Shown piece after piece: positions 13,225 through 26,791 of a stretch of 64,000 nt of DNA. Source of the stretch: Marsupella aquatica (taxonomy: Eukaryota; Plantae; Marchantiophyta); the NCBI GenBank assembly GCA_973895155.1, contig OZ316898.1, positions 21,543,305 to 21,607,304 on the forward strand, read 5' to 3'. Position numbers and translations under genes: made by a program. How positions within the stretch are numbered: position 1 is the first letter of the stretch; every line of letters starts with the position of its first letter. The notes under the pieces were generated by a model. It saw nothing but the letters and a program-made list of their open reading frames with translations, was not told the origin of the DNA and did not search any database.

Positions 13225-13725
13225 ATATAGGGTTGCACATGCCCCCTAGTACTCGCACCCTCTAAATGGGGGGTCACCCTCACCCTCAACCCCCATGGAA
13301 TCGCTCCCCCATCCTCACCCCCAGCTCGTTACACCCCCAAATGCTAGAGTAGGGTTCCACACGCCCCTTGGTACTCGCACCCTCAAAACTGGGGGGCACC
13401 TTCACCCTCAACCCCCATAGAACCGCTCCCCCACCCTCACCCCCAGCTCATTACACCCCCAAAAGCTATAGTAGGGTTGCACACGCCCCCTAGTACTCGC
13501 ATCCTCAAAACTGGGGGGGCACCCTCAACCCCCATGGAACCCCTCCCCCACCCTCACCCCCAGCTCGTTACACCCCCAAAAGCTACAGTAGGGTGGCACT
13601 CGCCCCCTAGTACGCGCACCCCAAAAATTGGGGGGTACCCCCACCCCTAACCCCTCCAAAATGTGCACACAACAAACTGGGGGTGAAACTCACCCCCAAT
13701 ATTCCCAAATCTCACTAGTACTTAA
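13225..13725 (+). repeat. Diverged 121-bp satellite (about 3.5 units) plus terminal stem-loops of T-element copy 1
   Basis: Reverse complement of the 47160-48612 family (CACCCTCAACCCCCATGGAACCCCTCCCCCACCCTCACCCCCAGCTCGTTACACCCCCAA); continues at 20476 after an insertion. Confidence 0.9.
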
Positions 13726-15318
13726 TGTCAGATGCCTAAAAAACATAATTACATAGGAATTATGTAAATATGGGTAAATGTTTTTGTTTTGTGTATAGTT
13801 TATATCAATTAGTTATTTAGTGTACAAAACTAATATCAATAAATGTATTGATTCTAGAAAAATATTGACTAGGAAAGATAAGTTATAGTTGAAGGTCAAT
13901 AGAAAAAAAATAAGTATTATCTAAGTAGTTGTGGTAGGTGTCAACTAATGAGTGATCAAATAAAGCAATAGGAAATGCCTAAAATTGCTACATGGTCACA
14001 ACGAAAAAAATATCTTTGAGAAAAAATCTCAATATAAGTCAAAAATAAAATAAAATAAAAAGACAAGATTCTATAACTTGCAAGAAAAGTTATAAAAAAG
14101 CAATAGGGAATGCCCAAAATTGCTACATGGTCACAACAAAAATAGTGGAGAAAGAATCTCAACAAAGATGATACTTCTAATCCAAGTAGTACTAAGCCAA
14201 GGAAAAAGACAATGAGATATTTCAATGGACGGATTAGAAGTCAATTAGCTAGTGTGAAGACGATTCTTAGCCTAGTGGAAAAGTGTGGACAAAAAGGAAA
14301 AAGAATACTCATCAAGAAACAAGGAGTAGAATCATTTGAAAAAAAGATAGATATGGTTATAGAAGGGCTCAAGTTCAAGTATAGATAAATAGCATCATGA
14401 GTAGTAGATCACAAGCTTAAGGCAAAGCATTGTGAGAAATCTACAAAGAGTATAGACCTTAGTGAGCAAATTAGAAGTACTAGGAGGGAGATGGTGATCA
14501 TCAAGGTGCATCAAGCTAGGAGCTTTAGGCATAGATTCTAGAAATGCCGGTCTATGATCCTATTATATTTGTGCGCACCAAATATCTTGTTTGGAGAAAG
14601 TTAGGACATGGCAATGATATAGGGAAGTGGTTTACACAATTCCTTGGGGATACTAAGGGAATTTCCAACTCAAGGCTATTGCGATGGGTCTATATTGCAC
14701 TTTACATTCGACAACATCAAGTAGTCTTGAATTCACAAGAGAAGGCAGAACTGAATAGCAAGGTGCAAGATGCTATTGGAGGATGGTTACAAGATTGCAT
14801 TAGAAGGACAAGACCAAGAGACAATGACGCAATCACTGACTGACCCTCGCTATCTAGTGTACCTAGATCAGGTCAAACATCGGGCCAAGTTTTCTCTGTG
14901 GAATCAAGTAGGTCGTCCAACCCAGGATCCGGACCTGTGGTTTTAACACTTATTTTGGTACTTGTGAGGCAAGTAGTGTGATACAGTACATTAGTTGGAT
15001 CTTGAACGACAACGGAAGTCTTTACCTTTCATCGGTATCACACTCAAGACATGGATGAAATTCAAGAAGCTATGCAAGAGAATACCTACACAAGTGTTCA
15101 GCAACCGGACCAGACAGCACTACTCCAACAAGATTAGTTCTCCCACGACAATAGTTAAGATCAGTCAATCTCCACCATTTTAGTTAAATAGTTAAAGTAG
15201 TTAGAAAAGTCTCATACTTTTCCAGGAGATAGCCCTTATGTAGCAGACCATACCCTGAAAGTATCGACCAAAACCGACATATAGTTTAGATGTTAGAGCA
15301 TTTTTAGTTTTGCAGTAG

Positions 15319-18300
15319 CGTGAGTGCGCAACGGCGCTAGTGCTCCAAAGCGCAAAGGCGCAACGGCGCTTCCAACACTTAGAAAATTTTCCGGAACAAT
15401 ATATTTTTTATCCGACAGCACTTTTCATTGATTTTATTAAGGCACTTAGACACCTCAAAAAAGTCTAAACTTTTGCTAGCATGTAGCATGTATATAAATC
15501 TTCCACCTAGGAAAGTTTCACCCCATTTTGACTTTTATGTTAGAAATTAAAATTCTGATAAACTCACTATTTATTAGTTTTATCACAAAAGTGCAAAAAA
15601 CACTTTTACTCCAGTTGTGACGCCAATGACATGGTCCTTATTTTGTAATCTGATTAAGTAGGTTGCTGTATGCAAGGAGTAGCTATTGATATTGCATAAC
15701 AATTAGCAAGATGGCAAGAATAAGGGTAATCATGGCGTTAAAAGTAGGGAAATAAAAGCTATGTCGCGGGTGGTCGACGATCATATCTCTTTCAATATGT
15801 CACCAAATCCGGATCTGTAAAGAGCATTGGAAAGATCTGGTCAGGGCGAGTAAAATCGATATAAAACACTTGAGAAACGGAGGTGTATTAAGAAAGATAC
15901 GGCCTGATTAGTGTGACGGGTTAACTTGTGGCCGGAATTAGCGGATTCGGCTTCAGTTTCGGGTTAACCCAAGCTCGACCACGGCTTAGCTTATGTGAGC
16001 ACGGCTTCAGCTTAGCTCAGGTCAGCACGGCTTCAGCTTAGCTTAGGTAAGCACGGCTTCAGCTTAGCTCAGGTAAGAACGGCTTCAGCTTAGCTCAGGT
16101 CAGCACGGCTTCAGCTTAGCTCAGGTCAACACGGCTTCAGCTTAGCTCAGGTCAGCGCGGCCTCAGGTTAGCATAGGTAAGCTCGGATTCGGGCTCAGCT
16201 TAGGCTAGGTTAGCGGATAGCGGATAGTGGGTAGCGGCCTAACCCGAGACCACGGGTTAGCTCTACTCGGGTTAGATAGGATAGCTAGGTTAGCCAAACT
16301 CGGGTTAGCTATGTAACTCGGGTTAGCGCAGCAGTGAGTACCCCCTCTCGGTTGCGGGGGCATAACTCTCTGTGTATTTGACCAAATCGGCTATAATTGA
16401 CCTCGTTGGAAAGAGGAGCTCAAGCCGCTTCCAACGCTGCTATCCACGCAGAAAATGGTTAAATAGAGAAATCGGGAGAGGAGGCGCAAGCTCGCAAAAA
16501 CCATGGAGGAGGGCCGAATCCGAAGTACATAGCCAATTCGAGATAGAAATAAAGTTGCGAGTTAGGGTTCAGTAGTTAGAGATAGTGGCGGCTCTGTTAG
16601 GGCTGGGATGGGGCTCCAGCAGCGTAGTATCCACCCATTTGGGCTCAGTATGAGAGTATATAGAGCAGCCCCCGGTAGAGGCAAGGGGGGGGACTTCAGT
16701 TGTGTGATCTCACTTAGACTGAGCAGCGGGGAGGAGCTCTGTGCAAGCAAGGCTGGACTTGGACGCTGCGTGTTGGGGAGAGCTTGGTTGTGCTATTACT
16801 CAGGGAGTAATCAGCCAAGCTTCACAGCAACGGGTTGCTAGGTTTGCGAGCTGGATTGTGGCTCTTTCTAGTGGGCAGCACAACTGGGTTCTTTTCCCCC
16901 GATACAGAGCCTTGGTGATAGGTGATGTATTGGTGATTGTAAACTATGGGGAGGATTTCAATTCGATTTGCGGTGGGCACATTAGGGAGGCTGAGGTACT
17001 GATTAAGGGGCAGCAGGAGGAGCATTTACAGTTCAATCTGGCAAGGCTACGTGATCCATGGGGAGTCCCGGCCTTTGTCTGGTGGAGAGCACTAAGGGAT
17101 CTATGGCCAGAGCTAAGCTTGCAGGGCAAGCGTGAGGCCGGGCCTCATTGCAGTCTGGGGTAGATCGCCGTTAGGCCTGGTACCAGCTTTGAAGTCGAGT
17201 CAACTATGCATGCGTAACTTGACGTTCTGAATTGGAGGTGTGAGATCTGTATGTGCCCCCAAGAATGAAGTGCAGTGAAGGAGGTTGAGTTTAGGATTGA
17301 GTTTGCAAGGCAAGTACGGGATTGGTTCGAGTCCAATCTGCCGTTGCAATCTGGAGTGAGCCGGGCTCAGGTTCAGGATTGAGCTTGCATGGCAAGCACG
17401 GGGCTTGCAGGGCAAGCACGTCACAATCTGGAGGAGACAGCCTTCGGCCCTAGTGTTCGGATCAAGTGTTCTCAGTGAACTATTGTGCACATCTTTGAAT
17501 CTAATTGAGTTTTCCTCTCAGGCCTCATTTCTCTCATGGATGTGTGTGTGAGGCAATCTGAGTGTATGATGGAACTAGCAGCGCCACTGAGAGGTGTACC
17601 GGGTGCATTGAAGCGGGCTGGGTGAGGACTGTCATAGCTCTGATTGTTGAGAGTGGAATGGCAGAGTGGTGGGGCAATGGCTTAGAAGTCCCTAAGCCGG
17701 GAATCAGTCAGGAGTCACTGGTTTATGGGTACATTCCGGTGGCGGAATAGAAACATACCTATGACAGTAAGCATATGTATAGACCTATGCGCACCGTAGC
17801 GCTAGGCCCTGTGTGTACGGGCCCGATATGAAGACCCCTTCTCACCAGAACTATCATGAGCGCAGATCTGATCCCCAACCTTGGTTCCTTGGGATTGAGC
17901 TTGGGTGATGTGTGATAGAGTCTTGCTATGATAGTCTGGTGTTAAGGGCATAAACTGGTGTTTACCGGCATTCACAACATCCCTTCGTGATCCTCAGGTA
18001 CAAGGAGATGGTTTTGGCACCCATAGTGACGTTTTTGGTGTTAAAACCCATGTCAATCGCGTGACACCAGTTTACACTAGGGATAACTTTTGGTTAGTTT
18101 TTCATTCCAGCAACATTCTAGTGAACCTTGAGTACTCTTATAGCATATTTTCATACTTTTTACTTTAGTTTATGACCCATAAGATATGAAAGGGCATGTC
18201 CTTTCATTATCTCTTTCCCTTAGTTCCTGCCACCCTATATGTAGTTGAATTTTTGCCACTTTTTGTGTGAAAAAATTTCATGAGCGCTCAGTTGCAAGAT

Positions 18301-19065
18301 TGCAACTTTGTTACCTCCATTTGTAGTAAGCACTCCATTGTATATGAGTACTTAATACAAAGGAATTCTTCCCCCTTCAAGTCTAAATGAATGAGAAGTT
18401 TGGACCCTTGAAGTAAAATTATTGTGATTGTTAAATCTTTTGAGTATGTGGAAATAGATTCCTTGTTGGTGATGTTTCACATATTCCTTAGTTCTTGATG
18501 CATAGTTTTTGGCGTGATATTGCTTGTGCATGGGATGCAAAGATTGTTACTTACCAATTACTTATGGCTTCAAATTTGATCATGATGGTGTCTCTTATTT
18601 GTGACACAAAGTACCGATTGGATACAGAAGTGATTGATTACTAGTCTCCACTCAGTACCTTGGAAAGAAAAGTTGAGACATGTTGACGGCATTTTAGTAA
18701 TCATCCTAGTACCGTAATCCTTTCCAGAAATGTTCTTCCGGATATACCACCTAAATCATACCAAATGAAGTTATGTTGAGGAATCACCTTGGTTGTTTCC
18801 TAACTCCCTCACCATACCTCAAGATTTTCATTGTGTTTTATTAATTGTTTCCATTTTGTTAATTTTATTTTTAATGTCAAGCAGACATTTAAAACTATGC
18901 CTTGCTGAGCAACCATAGTAAAAGGCTCAACCTTTGTGTTTTTGTTACCTTATTCATTCATAAGTGCTAAATCATAGAAAATCATTCCTTACATGTTTTT
19001 CCATGGGAACGAATACCGAGTTTTGGATCTTAAATGTTTATTTATGTCCCTAGTGTGATACTACA
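15319..19065 (+). mobile_element. Solo LTR, 3747 bp, Athila-like family, TSD AGTAG
   Basis: AGTAG at 15314-15318 and 19066-19070. Begins CGTGAG (presumed TG mutated; compare TGTGAG at 40060) and ends ..CTACA. The 3' part shares blocks with 45445-46295 (GATATGAA..GGCATGTC, AGACATGTTG.CGGCATTTTA, GGGAACGAATACCGAGTTT). Confidence 0.85.
15999..16180. repeat. 26-bp tandem repeat (about 7 copies) inside the solo LTR
   Basis: Unit GCACGGCTTCAGCTTAGCTCAGGT(C/A)A. Confidence 0.95.
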
Positions 19066-20491
19066 AGTAGATGGGGTAACTTGGAATCTGCATGTTGTGT
19101 AGAGATCAAACGAGACAATGAAGCTTTGTCGGCTCATACTCGTAGTATTCTTTGTAAATACCTTTTAGATCAGTATGCTACTTACTTGGTGAAAAACCAA
19201 AAGTAGAAAACCTTATAAATAGTAGTTGTAGAATAAATAATCAAGATTCTTTGTACAAATCTTGAGATATGTAGCTCTAGGTATTTAGCCTAGGGTTGTT
19301 AAGAATGATTCTTGACCTTAGATGTACTATGGCAATTGAGTGGCTTTGATTGGATTTGAGTGGAGGCCATAGGATACCAACCATATAAATAAGAGGGAGT
19401 GGAGGCTCACTTCCTCACTTGCTCATTAGTTGCTCACTTGCTTGCTTTCTTGGAGGGGCGCCACGGGTTGGGACTCAAGAGAGAAGGAGTGAGGACTAGT
19501 GAGGAGGTAGAGTGTGTGGCACCTTGGAAGTTAGGAGTTAGTGTTCATGAAAGACTCTAGTATTGAAGACCTTGGGTGGAGTCCAAGCTTGTACTAAGTT
19601 TACTTGATATAAACCTATGTGCCTTACTTCCTTGGACACTCTTATTCTTACTTGTGAAAGGAGTGTGATACTTTCTTTTGGTGGTTTTATAACATGTTTT
19701 TGACGGTTTTCTTTTGATTTTTTTGGTGACATCTTTTATAATCTTGAAGTACTTTGGTGATAGAGTTTGATTACCAAACAATGTTGGAGTACATCACCAA
19801 GATTTCTTGGACAAGAAATGATGTGATTGTATGCTCGGTGGTTGTTTGGCCAAGCACTAGCACACCAAGTGGAAACTTTATCTTTGTTTGAGATTTTGAA
19901 GCCAAACTTTGGTGATCGAGTTTTGGTTGATCAAGAAGGCACTGGGGTGTAGTATGGGCAAGGATTCTTATGGCGAGTGTTGACATGACTATATTGGCGA
20001 GAGGCAATTGATCGATCACTAGCGAATCAAAGTGGCGCTTCCATTTTTTTGTGGTTAGACAATTAGAAGTTGTGTAGGCTGACTTGTTGGATGGTAGCCT
20101 GACATGACAACCCACGGTGGTAACAGCCCGTGGTGGTTCTGACATTGGTTGGTGCAGGGTGACCAGTTATAGAGGCTAGAAGTCCCCTTGATGGATTTCT
20201 CTTCTGGCGACAGAAGTAAAATCATCTAGTGCAAGTTTGGATTTGATACAAGATTACTAATGTGGCGGCAGCCAATAACGGTCTTGTAGTTGTTTAGAAT
20301 ACTAAAATCTGCAGTATGTGTGTGAGGATTTAGTTTTCCTAAAGATAGATGTATTGTGAGTACTAATTTCCAAGATTGCATCCCTCTTGAGAACCCAAAA
20401 TGATAAGGGACTGTGTTTTGAGAGTGAAATGAATTAAGTATGTGTTAAGTCCCAAAGCAGAGGTCTGACACTTAAAAAACTAGGGATGACA

Positions 20492-20506
20492 CCCTAAACC
20501 CTAAAC
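20492..20506 (+). repeat. Interstitial telomeric repeat (CCCTAAA)2 closing T-element copy 1
   Basis: ..AAAACTAGGGATGACA|CCCTAAACCCTAAAC. Confidence 0.85.
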
Positions 20507-22202
20507 TTAAATTTTTGGGTTTTGTGTTAAATGGGTGCTGTTTGACGAAGCACCACTCTCCATAACTGATGGTGTACAATTGCTTTTTGGATATACATGC
20601 GATGAAAGAAACCAGTGTAATCATTCATAGTTTTACTAGCAATGTTGCTAGCAAGAATAGTACACATTGTAACATTGCAATCGGACAAACTGTTCAAACA
20701 TTTATTCCAAATTCAACCCAACCGTTCTGAGATATAACTCTGTTACACACCAAACGTCCGAGAACTCTTGGAACTTCGAGGTCAAGGGTCCGGACTCAGG
20801 AGAACTAGACTGTTACAAAATGTCTATGCCCTAGAAGCTGGACTACTGATCATGGACTTCTGATCAAGGACTTGCTGCCTTGTATGCATCGGAATCGGAG
20901 TCAGAAACCGTATCATAGTTGGATGAAGCGAGTACATTTTCCGTCCAATAGTTGTGAATCTCCAGGTCCCTCTAGTATGACTCCTCCTCTCTCTTCCGCT
21001 TCTTTGATACCCCCTTAGTGAGGGGAACATTTGAGCGAGAAGACAAGGGAGTTTGGGAGACCGACTTGGAAGATGTCTCCTTAGAAGGTGTCACTACCTA
21101 TGATTCCTTGCAGACGAAGGGAGGGACTCAAGTCGAAGAAGATGTACTACTCTTCATTGCATGGTTATACTACTCTGCTTCGGTTGAGGGGAGCTTGGCG
21201 GGGAGTCTAGTGGACCGTTTGTTTTGGCGTTATATCGGAGGGCTTTGAGAATCCATTTTGGAGGAGCTTTACCCTTGTTCCGTGCTATTTCTCTTTGTAA
21301 CTGAAACCAATGCCATTCAGATTACTTATAATCTTATGCAAGATCTACTTATGTCGACAAACCAGATAGCAGATGACATTCAATACCTCAAAGATGACCA
21401 AATAGCAAGGAGAAAATAAATGACAGAGAACGGAGATACCTCAATTCGGAACCGACTTACAAATCCCTGGTGCGTGTGATTGCCGAGGAACTCTTTGCAA
21501 TGCTGCAATGACAGTAGAACATGACAGGCCTTCGAGTCCCGCAAAGAGAAGAAGAGAAGCGCGTTTGGAGTCTCGCGGCGAAGAGAAGGAGAGCGCAAAA
21601 CAATGACCGAAATGGAAGGAATGGAAATGGTTCGGAAGGTCCGAGTGAGATATAGGGGATGGTGGAAAGCGGGAGATCCTACACAACGGTTTTGGGATCC
21701 GGTCTGTTAGGGGGGTACGATGAGTGTCACGCTTGATAGCCGTATGGAGCTTTGGATTATGTCCGGGGATGCGCTCCCAAGATTGCTTTAGTCAAAGACC
21801 GTTATTCCCAGTCCGTTCTCATGATGCATTTTTCACGTTGTTAAAGACCGCACGCCGAAGTTCGTGGGAGAATTATGGGCTGCACGATGGCTAGCGATTT
21901 TGCTGGCCTGATGTACGTTCAAATAGTACGGTCAATTATGGTTGCTTTGAGTGGCTGGTTGTGCGAGAAATACGTGATATGTACAAATATATTGTCAACG
22001 ATAGGTTTCGTAATGTAATGTAATAATGAAGTTTCTGTTGTAAAACAAATTACTTTTAGGCTAGCGAGTGTCAATTCATGCTAGTGAGGTAATTTTCATG
22101 CCAGATTTTGCATATGGCAAGGAGAAAATGTTCCCGTGCAAGGAATTTTTTTACTGTTTCCTCGCACGCTACAATGACCCGATGAAACTGGCATCCTTAC
22201 AG

Positions 22203-22604
22203 GTCATCAAAGCTTAGACCCGGTCGAGCTAGCGGAGAAGGCGATAGGGAACGTTAGAAAGATGGACGAACAAGCCAAGGCACTAGCATGGAGACACAGA
22301 GCGAAAAGAACTAGAGAGCACAATGAGGCCTACTTAAGAGAAGCAGCTACTGCTCAAATTAGATTAGGAGAATTTGATGAGGCTCCTAGTGGGGCTTTTG
22401 GTGAAAGGGGGCAATGCTGACTCTCGTACAAAAAAGCCAAGAGGTGGGCTGACTGCTCTCTTGCGAAAGAAACCAACGGTGAAGGATAGGCTGGCTCGCA
22501 GGCTACTGAATGGGCGTGTCACGGATGCAACTGTTAGTCAGCTAGCCAGGGATCAAGATGCAGCTTACCGTGAATCGTTTCGCAATCAGTGGACAATGAA
22601 GTAG
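22203..22604 (+). pseudogene. Probable terminal exon relic of an unidentified gene, with one frameshift
   Basis: After TTACAG the frame reads HQSLDPVELAEKAIGNVRKMDEQAKALAWRHRAKR..GAFGE, then shifts near 22405 into GGNADSRTKKPRGG..KKPTVKDRLARRLL..FRNQWTMK*. Protein-like, but the family is not recognised. Confidence 0.4.
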
Positions 22605-24682
22605 TTGTCTTCATGAGTCCTTCAAAAGGTTCCAGATTATGTGTGTAGTCAACTGGACCATAGAAACTGATCGAGGCGAACGTCCTGGTACTACAGTTTT
22701 TAGAGTTCCATCTTGAGATTGGTAAGCTGCGAAAGGGGAAACAGTGAGCTAATATGGAAGTTGTCAAGCTTATTCTAAGACTTCCGCAGGTTTCTGAAAG
22801 GAAGACCGGGAGTAAACTAAAGAGAGATATCGATGACTTTACCTGGTGAGTTAAGGCAACTCATAGAAGAAGTTTTTCTTTATGGCATCTGAATTTCAGG
22901 ACTTGTGAGTCTCAAAATTTATCAGTCCGGCCGCGGTGTTAGTGACAAAGGACCGTCCTGAGATTTGCGTTGGTTGCTGAATACTATCCATCGTTTGAAA
23001 GTTTGGCAGTTGAATGAGAGGGGGCTTCTTTTTTGCGTCATATGAACTACGTTTTAAAGGGCAGAATGTACAGAAGAATTTCATTTAGTGTAGTTCTGTA
23101 TTTGTTTTGACAGCTCGGTCTGATTATTTCATAGTGGATTGCTGTCAGGTTTTGGAAAGGAAGAAGTGAAGGCTCACGCAACCATGCCTCTCAGATCAAT
23201 CTCTTGGAAGACCATTATTGGGATTAAATTGTCAGATTTCGTACATGATCTCACGACTTGCAGAGAGCAAGGCAGATATGTCAAAGATAGTTCAAAAGGA
23301 TCTCACAATGAAAAAGAGTATCTAATTGACAACCGATGTAGGTATGCAGTAGTTCCTATTTGGGGGAAACTCTAGCAGTTGTAGCTTATTCTGCTAACTT
23401 CCCACTCAGTTTCCGTTGCAAAGGGAGAATCTCCTGTTCCTTGACGATTGGGCCGGCGTGTGAAATAGCTCAAACCCATTGATATTTTAAACTCTCCTGT
23501 GCCCTTCTTCGGTCCAGTGTGTCCTCATTCTTGATTGGGTCATTATTTGGCATCTTGTACTCTGTCCTTTCCGTTCCCAAGTGGGGGATTTTAGACTTGA
23601 AAATCAATCTATTCGACAAAAATCAACGGAGGATTCATCATCCCAAACTATTGAATATCTTTGGACCTCGTTGCTACTGTAAGTGCAGAGAAGTACATTA
23701 AAGTATGCTTACATGTGGAGCATCACTCAATTTGTGCCTCTAGTTGCTACTTCCTATCCTGTTCCATCAAAAATAATGGTATGATCGAAGGCAAAGTTCT
23801 GGCAAGGCAGAGTGAAAAAGGGGGCAACGTGGCTCTCGTCTGCCATCTTCGTGCAAATTTTGCATACCAACAATGCTATGCAAATTGTGTATACTAACTG
23901 CATTAAACTCAATTTTGGACAGTCAAGTCCATGTCATATTGGGATCAACTGTCTCTCCTTGGAGGAGACTGCCCTATGGTGTTTCTTCTCCAAATCTTCA
24001 TTGACTGACAGATGCAATAACAAAACCCAATTGTAGTTGGAGAAGCTAGAGAAACCATAGGATCAGGTGTCCCCATATAGGAGAAGCCAGAGAAACTATG
24101 GGTGAATCAGTTGTCACCATATCAACAGCAATCGACTTGACAGAACTCAACAAATATGGAAGATAGAAATGTATCACTTATACTTGCGTGTCAAGAAGTA
24201 AAATTTAATACAAAAATGTTAAATGTTCTCTTAGGCTGTCATCAGTTGATCGTTGATTGTGTCTTCAAAGTTGGCCACCAACTGTCACTCCAACACACCC
24301 CTCTCATGAAATGTGAACTATAGTCATCACTATCTTCAGGGTTTTGAGGCCCAAATCTCAGCAAGGAATGCGGTCTTGGCATTGCCTGAGAAACAAGAAG
24401 CACCTACTTTTCAGACTAACTGAAACAGACACACAACACCAGAAAACAGCAGATCAACACTATCATGCCTGCCACCTAACGTATCCATGTGAAGTGCATT
24501 GGAGATTGAAAAGATCAACATCCACAAGAAGTGACCGAGTTGTAGTCATCTAGAGTAAGATCAATGGGCAAAACGAAGGGTAAACCACCCAAGATGAGTA
24601 TGCTGATGAGAATTGAACACGAATTTCAGGGAAAGCAGATCACCTTCCAATGAGTTACTGATACGAGTATCATAAAACCTGT

Positions 24683-26791
24683 CTACAGCTTTGTGCCAAA
24701 CACGCGACATCGTTCGCAACGTTTCTTGCAGATATCCTCAAGCATCTTCGCTGCTGCTGTACGCTCCTGCTGCATTTGTTTTGCCCGGGATCTCATCAAT
24801 TGACGTTCTTCCGTACCGCCTGTAGAAAAGTCATCGAGCCATTCAGCTATAAGTTTCCCGAGTTGGTACATGTCCGATCCCTTGGTGTATCTTTTCCTTT
24901 TGTCATTGTCTTCTTCCAACGTTTCCGCATCCCAACCCGTTAAGTCCTCACCAACCCATACTTCATTGTCGGGTCCAGCAGCTTCCAAGTCTATGATCAC
25001 CCATTTCCATTCACCCAAATCATTTACTTTGATAACGTTGGGCCACCTTATGTCCCTGTGGGTGTAGCCTTTCATGTGCAAGTCCGCAAGGCCGCATAAC
25101 ATGTCATGCGTGGCATTTACTAAATCCTTGCAATCCTTAGGCTTTGCATATGGGTCACCAACAGGTTGTAGTCGCAATACTGTTCTAGCCTTGGATCGTC
25201 GGACGGATATAAGTTGGATCAGGTACCTGGAGCCAGCGATTTTTTCATACAGGCATTCTATCGCGGTCACCTTCTCTTTCGTCAATCCTGGGATTTCCTT
25301 CGTCACGCAGTCAGGATAGATCGTCACTGCTCCACCATAAACTCTTGCTATTGGCTTATATAATGCCAAGGGGATGTCACTATCCAGTTCTTCCTGTAGT
25401 TTCTGTAGGAGACAGTGCATCCGAATGGTGCTATGTAGGAACTTGGCTACATCGCTCAACATATTCAAGTCATAGAGTTGTGAGATACTTTCACAAAGAA
25501 TTTCCTTGCCTCGCGGATAGAGCTTCAGCCATCGAAACTGCCTTCCACCGGAGCAACCACCAATCACATAAGGGAGCTTACCATAGAACAAAGGGCTCCA
25601 TGCCTTTAATTTTGAGGTGTTCTCACCTGCAGCCTCGTGCCGAAGTGCCGGGTCTGTCTTATTCTCCCATCGGAGAATGAGACAATCCCTCACAAACAGC
25701 TGAAAATCTGGTCTTAATAGCGGTTTTAGTGGTCGCGATGCTACAGTACTAGTCGGGGGATTGGGTGAATCCAGTAACCAGTCCAAACCTTTTAATTTTC
25801 CGTTTGCTGGAGCCTCCTCATTTAATAATGAGATGAACTCTCCAGTGAGAGTAGCCAATTCATGTGAGCTGGTGGCCTCATTGCCTGGACAACGACGCAT
25901 TATATGTCCGAACACAATGTCGCAGAAGGATGCCAAGTCTGTCGCCGCTGCGGGAATATCAAGCTCCACCAGCTCAGAAGAGCGTATTTTCTTGAAAATT
26001 ACAGGATTGCGAATTGGGAGCGGTACTGGTGTCTGGGACAAAAACTCCGAGAGTTCAAGGGCACTTCGTGGGAGCGTCGGAGGTGGTTCCAACAGTTTCC
26101 CAAAATAGCGCTCTCCAGCTTCAGCATCAGCTTTTGCTGCCAAGGACAGGCATTCCTGTGGTGACGGTTTTGCCTTCTTTGAAAGTCGCGCTCCCTCTGC
26201 GTACACACCAATCACGAAGTGTTGAAGAGGAAGAGAAAAACAGGAAAGTCATCCAATAATCACTCGAGCAAGGAGTCTACAAATTTGGCACGATTCCGGC
26301 AGAAATGCTTTATCGGTTAGCAAAGCAGGAAGACACAGGACACCTGTAATTGCAAAAGTGCTTTCCAAACAAATGCCAGAGCAAGGGCGACAGCTGCTGT
26401 CCATGATACCCTTGATCACTTTTCAGCAAAGAAAACAAAGCAGCAACAGAGGGGTGCTCAAAGGAAAAAACTCAACGAAAAGAGAAACCAGAACAAGAAC
26501 CAGAAGATACTGACGAGAAACACATTGCTGTGAAATTCAGTTGGAATTACCATCCGTAGAGTTTCCTTTTTGAAGCCGAATTGCCAACTTAATTGCCACT
26601 ATCAATCCGCCAGGTGCCACTGGGAACAGGCGCCGGATTATGTCTTCGAGCTCCATTTCCGACAACTCTAGCAACATAGGTACTCCGACCCAGTCAAGGC
26701 ATAGTTTCGCAGCAACGCCTCGCAGTCGTGCTTCGTCATGAATAGTTCTCCGAAGCAGGTTCATAATATTTTCTTCTTCACCACTCGCCAT
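24683..26791 (-). CDS. Crinkler (CRN)-like protein: short N-terminal helical (SAM-like?) domain, PD-(D/E)xK restriction-endonuclease-like domain, protein kinase
   Basis: Predicted exon 1 26791-26551 (GATG|GTAATT) splices in phase to exon 2 26196-24683 (polypyrimidine tract, ..GCAG|AGGGAG). REase-like motif RPDF..LILRWENK; kinase motifs HRDIRWPNV, IIDLE, SDMYQLG. Open to the stop codon. Confidence 0.82.

Larger units (their letters stand above)
13726..20470. mobile_element. LTR-derived insertion (TGTCAGA...TCTGACA) with 5-bp TSD CTTAA, hosting nested inserts
   Basis: CTTAA at 13721-13725 and 20471-20475; 7-bp inverted ends. Removing it restores ACTAGTACTTAAAAAACTAG, matching the uninterrupted termini near 47150 and 48930. 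No intact gag or pol seen. Confidence 0.85.

Noticed and set aside
13560-13725. Hammerhead ribozyme at the T-element end, expected for Penelope-like elements
   Set aside because: No CTGANGA...GAAA core was found by eye near any of the termini; a covariance-model search is still needed.
15291-19780. A further LTR (TGTTAG...CCAAACA) hosting the 15319-19065 solo LTR
   Set aside because: It has an LTR-like TATA region near 19385, but the flanks (TTAGA and ATGTT) do not form a TSD and no clear PBS follows, so boundaries cannot be supported.
20824-21700. Possible minus-strand gene; similar degenerate coding-like stretches at 23400-24560, 57300-59200 and 62240-62640
   Set aside because: Multiple stops and no recognisable domain; no product could be assigned.
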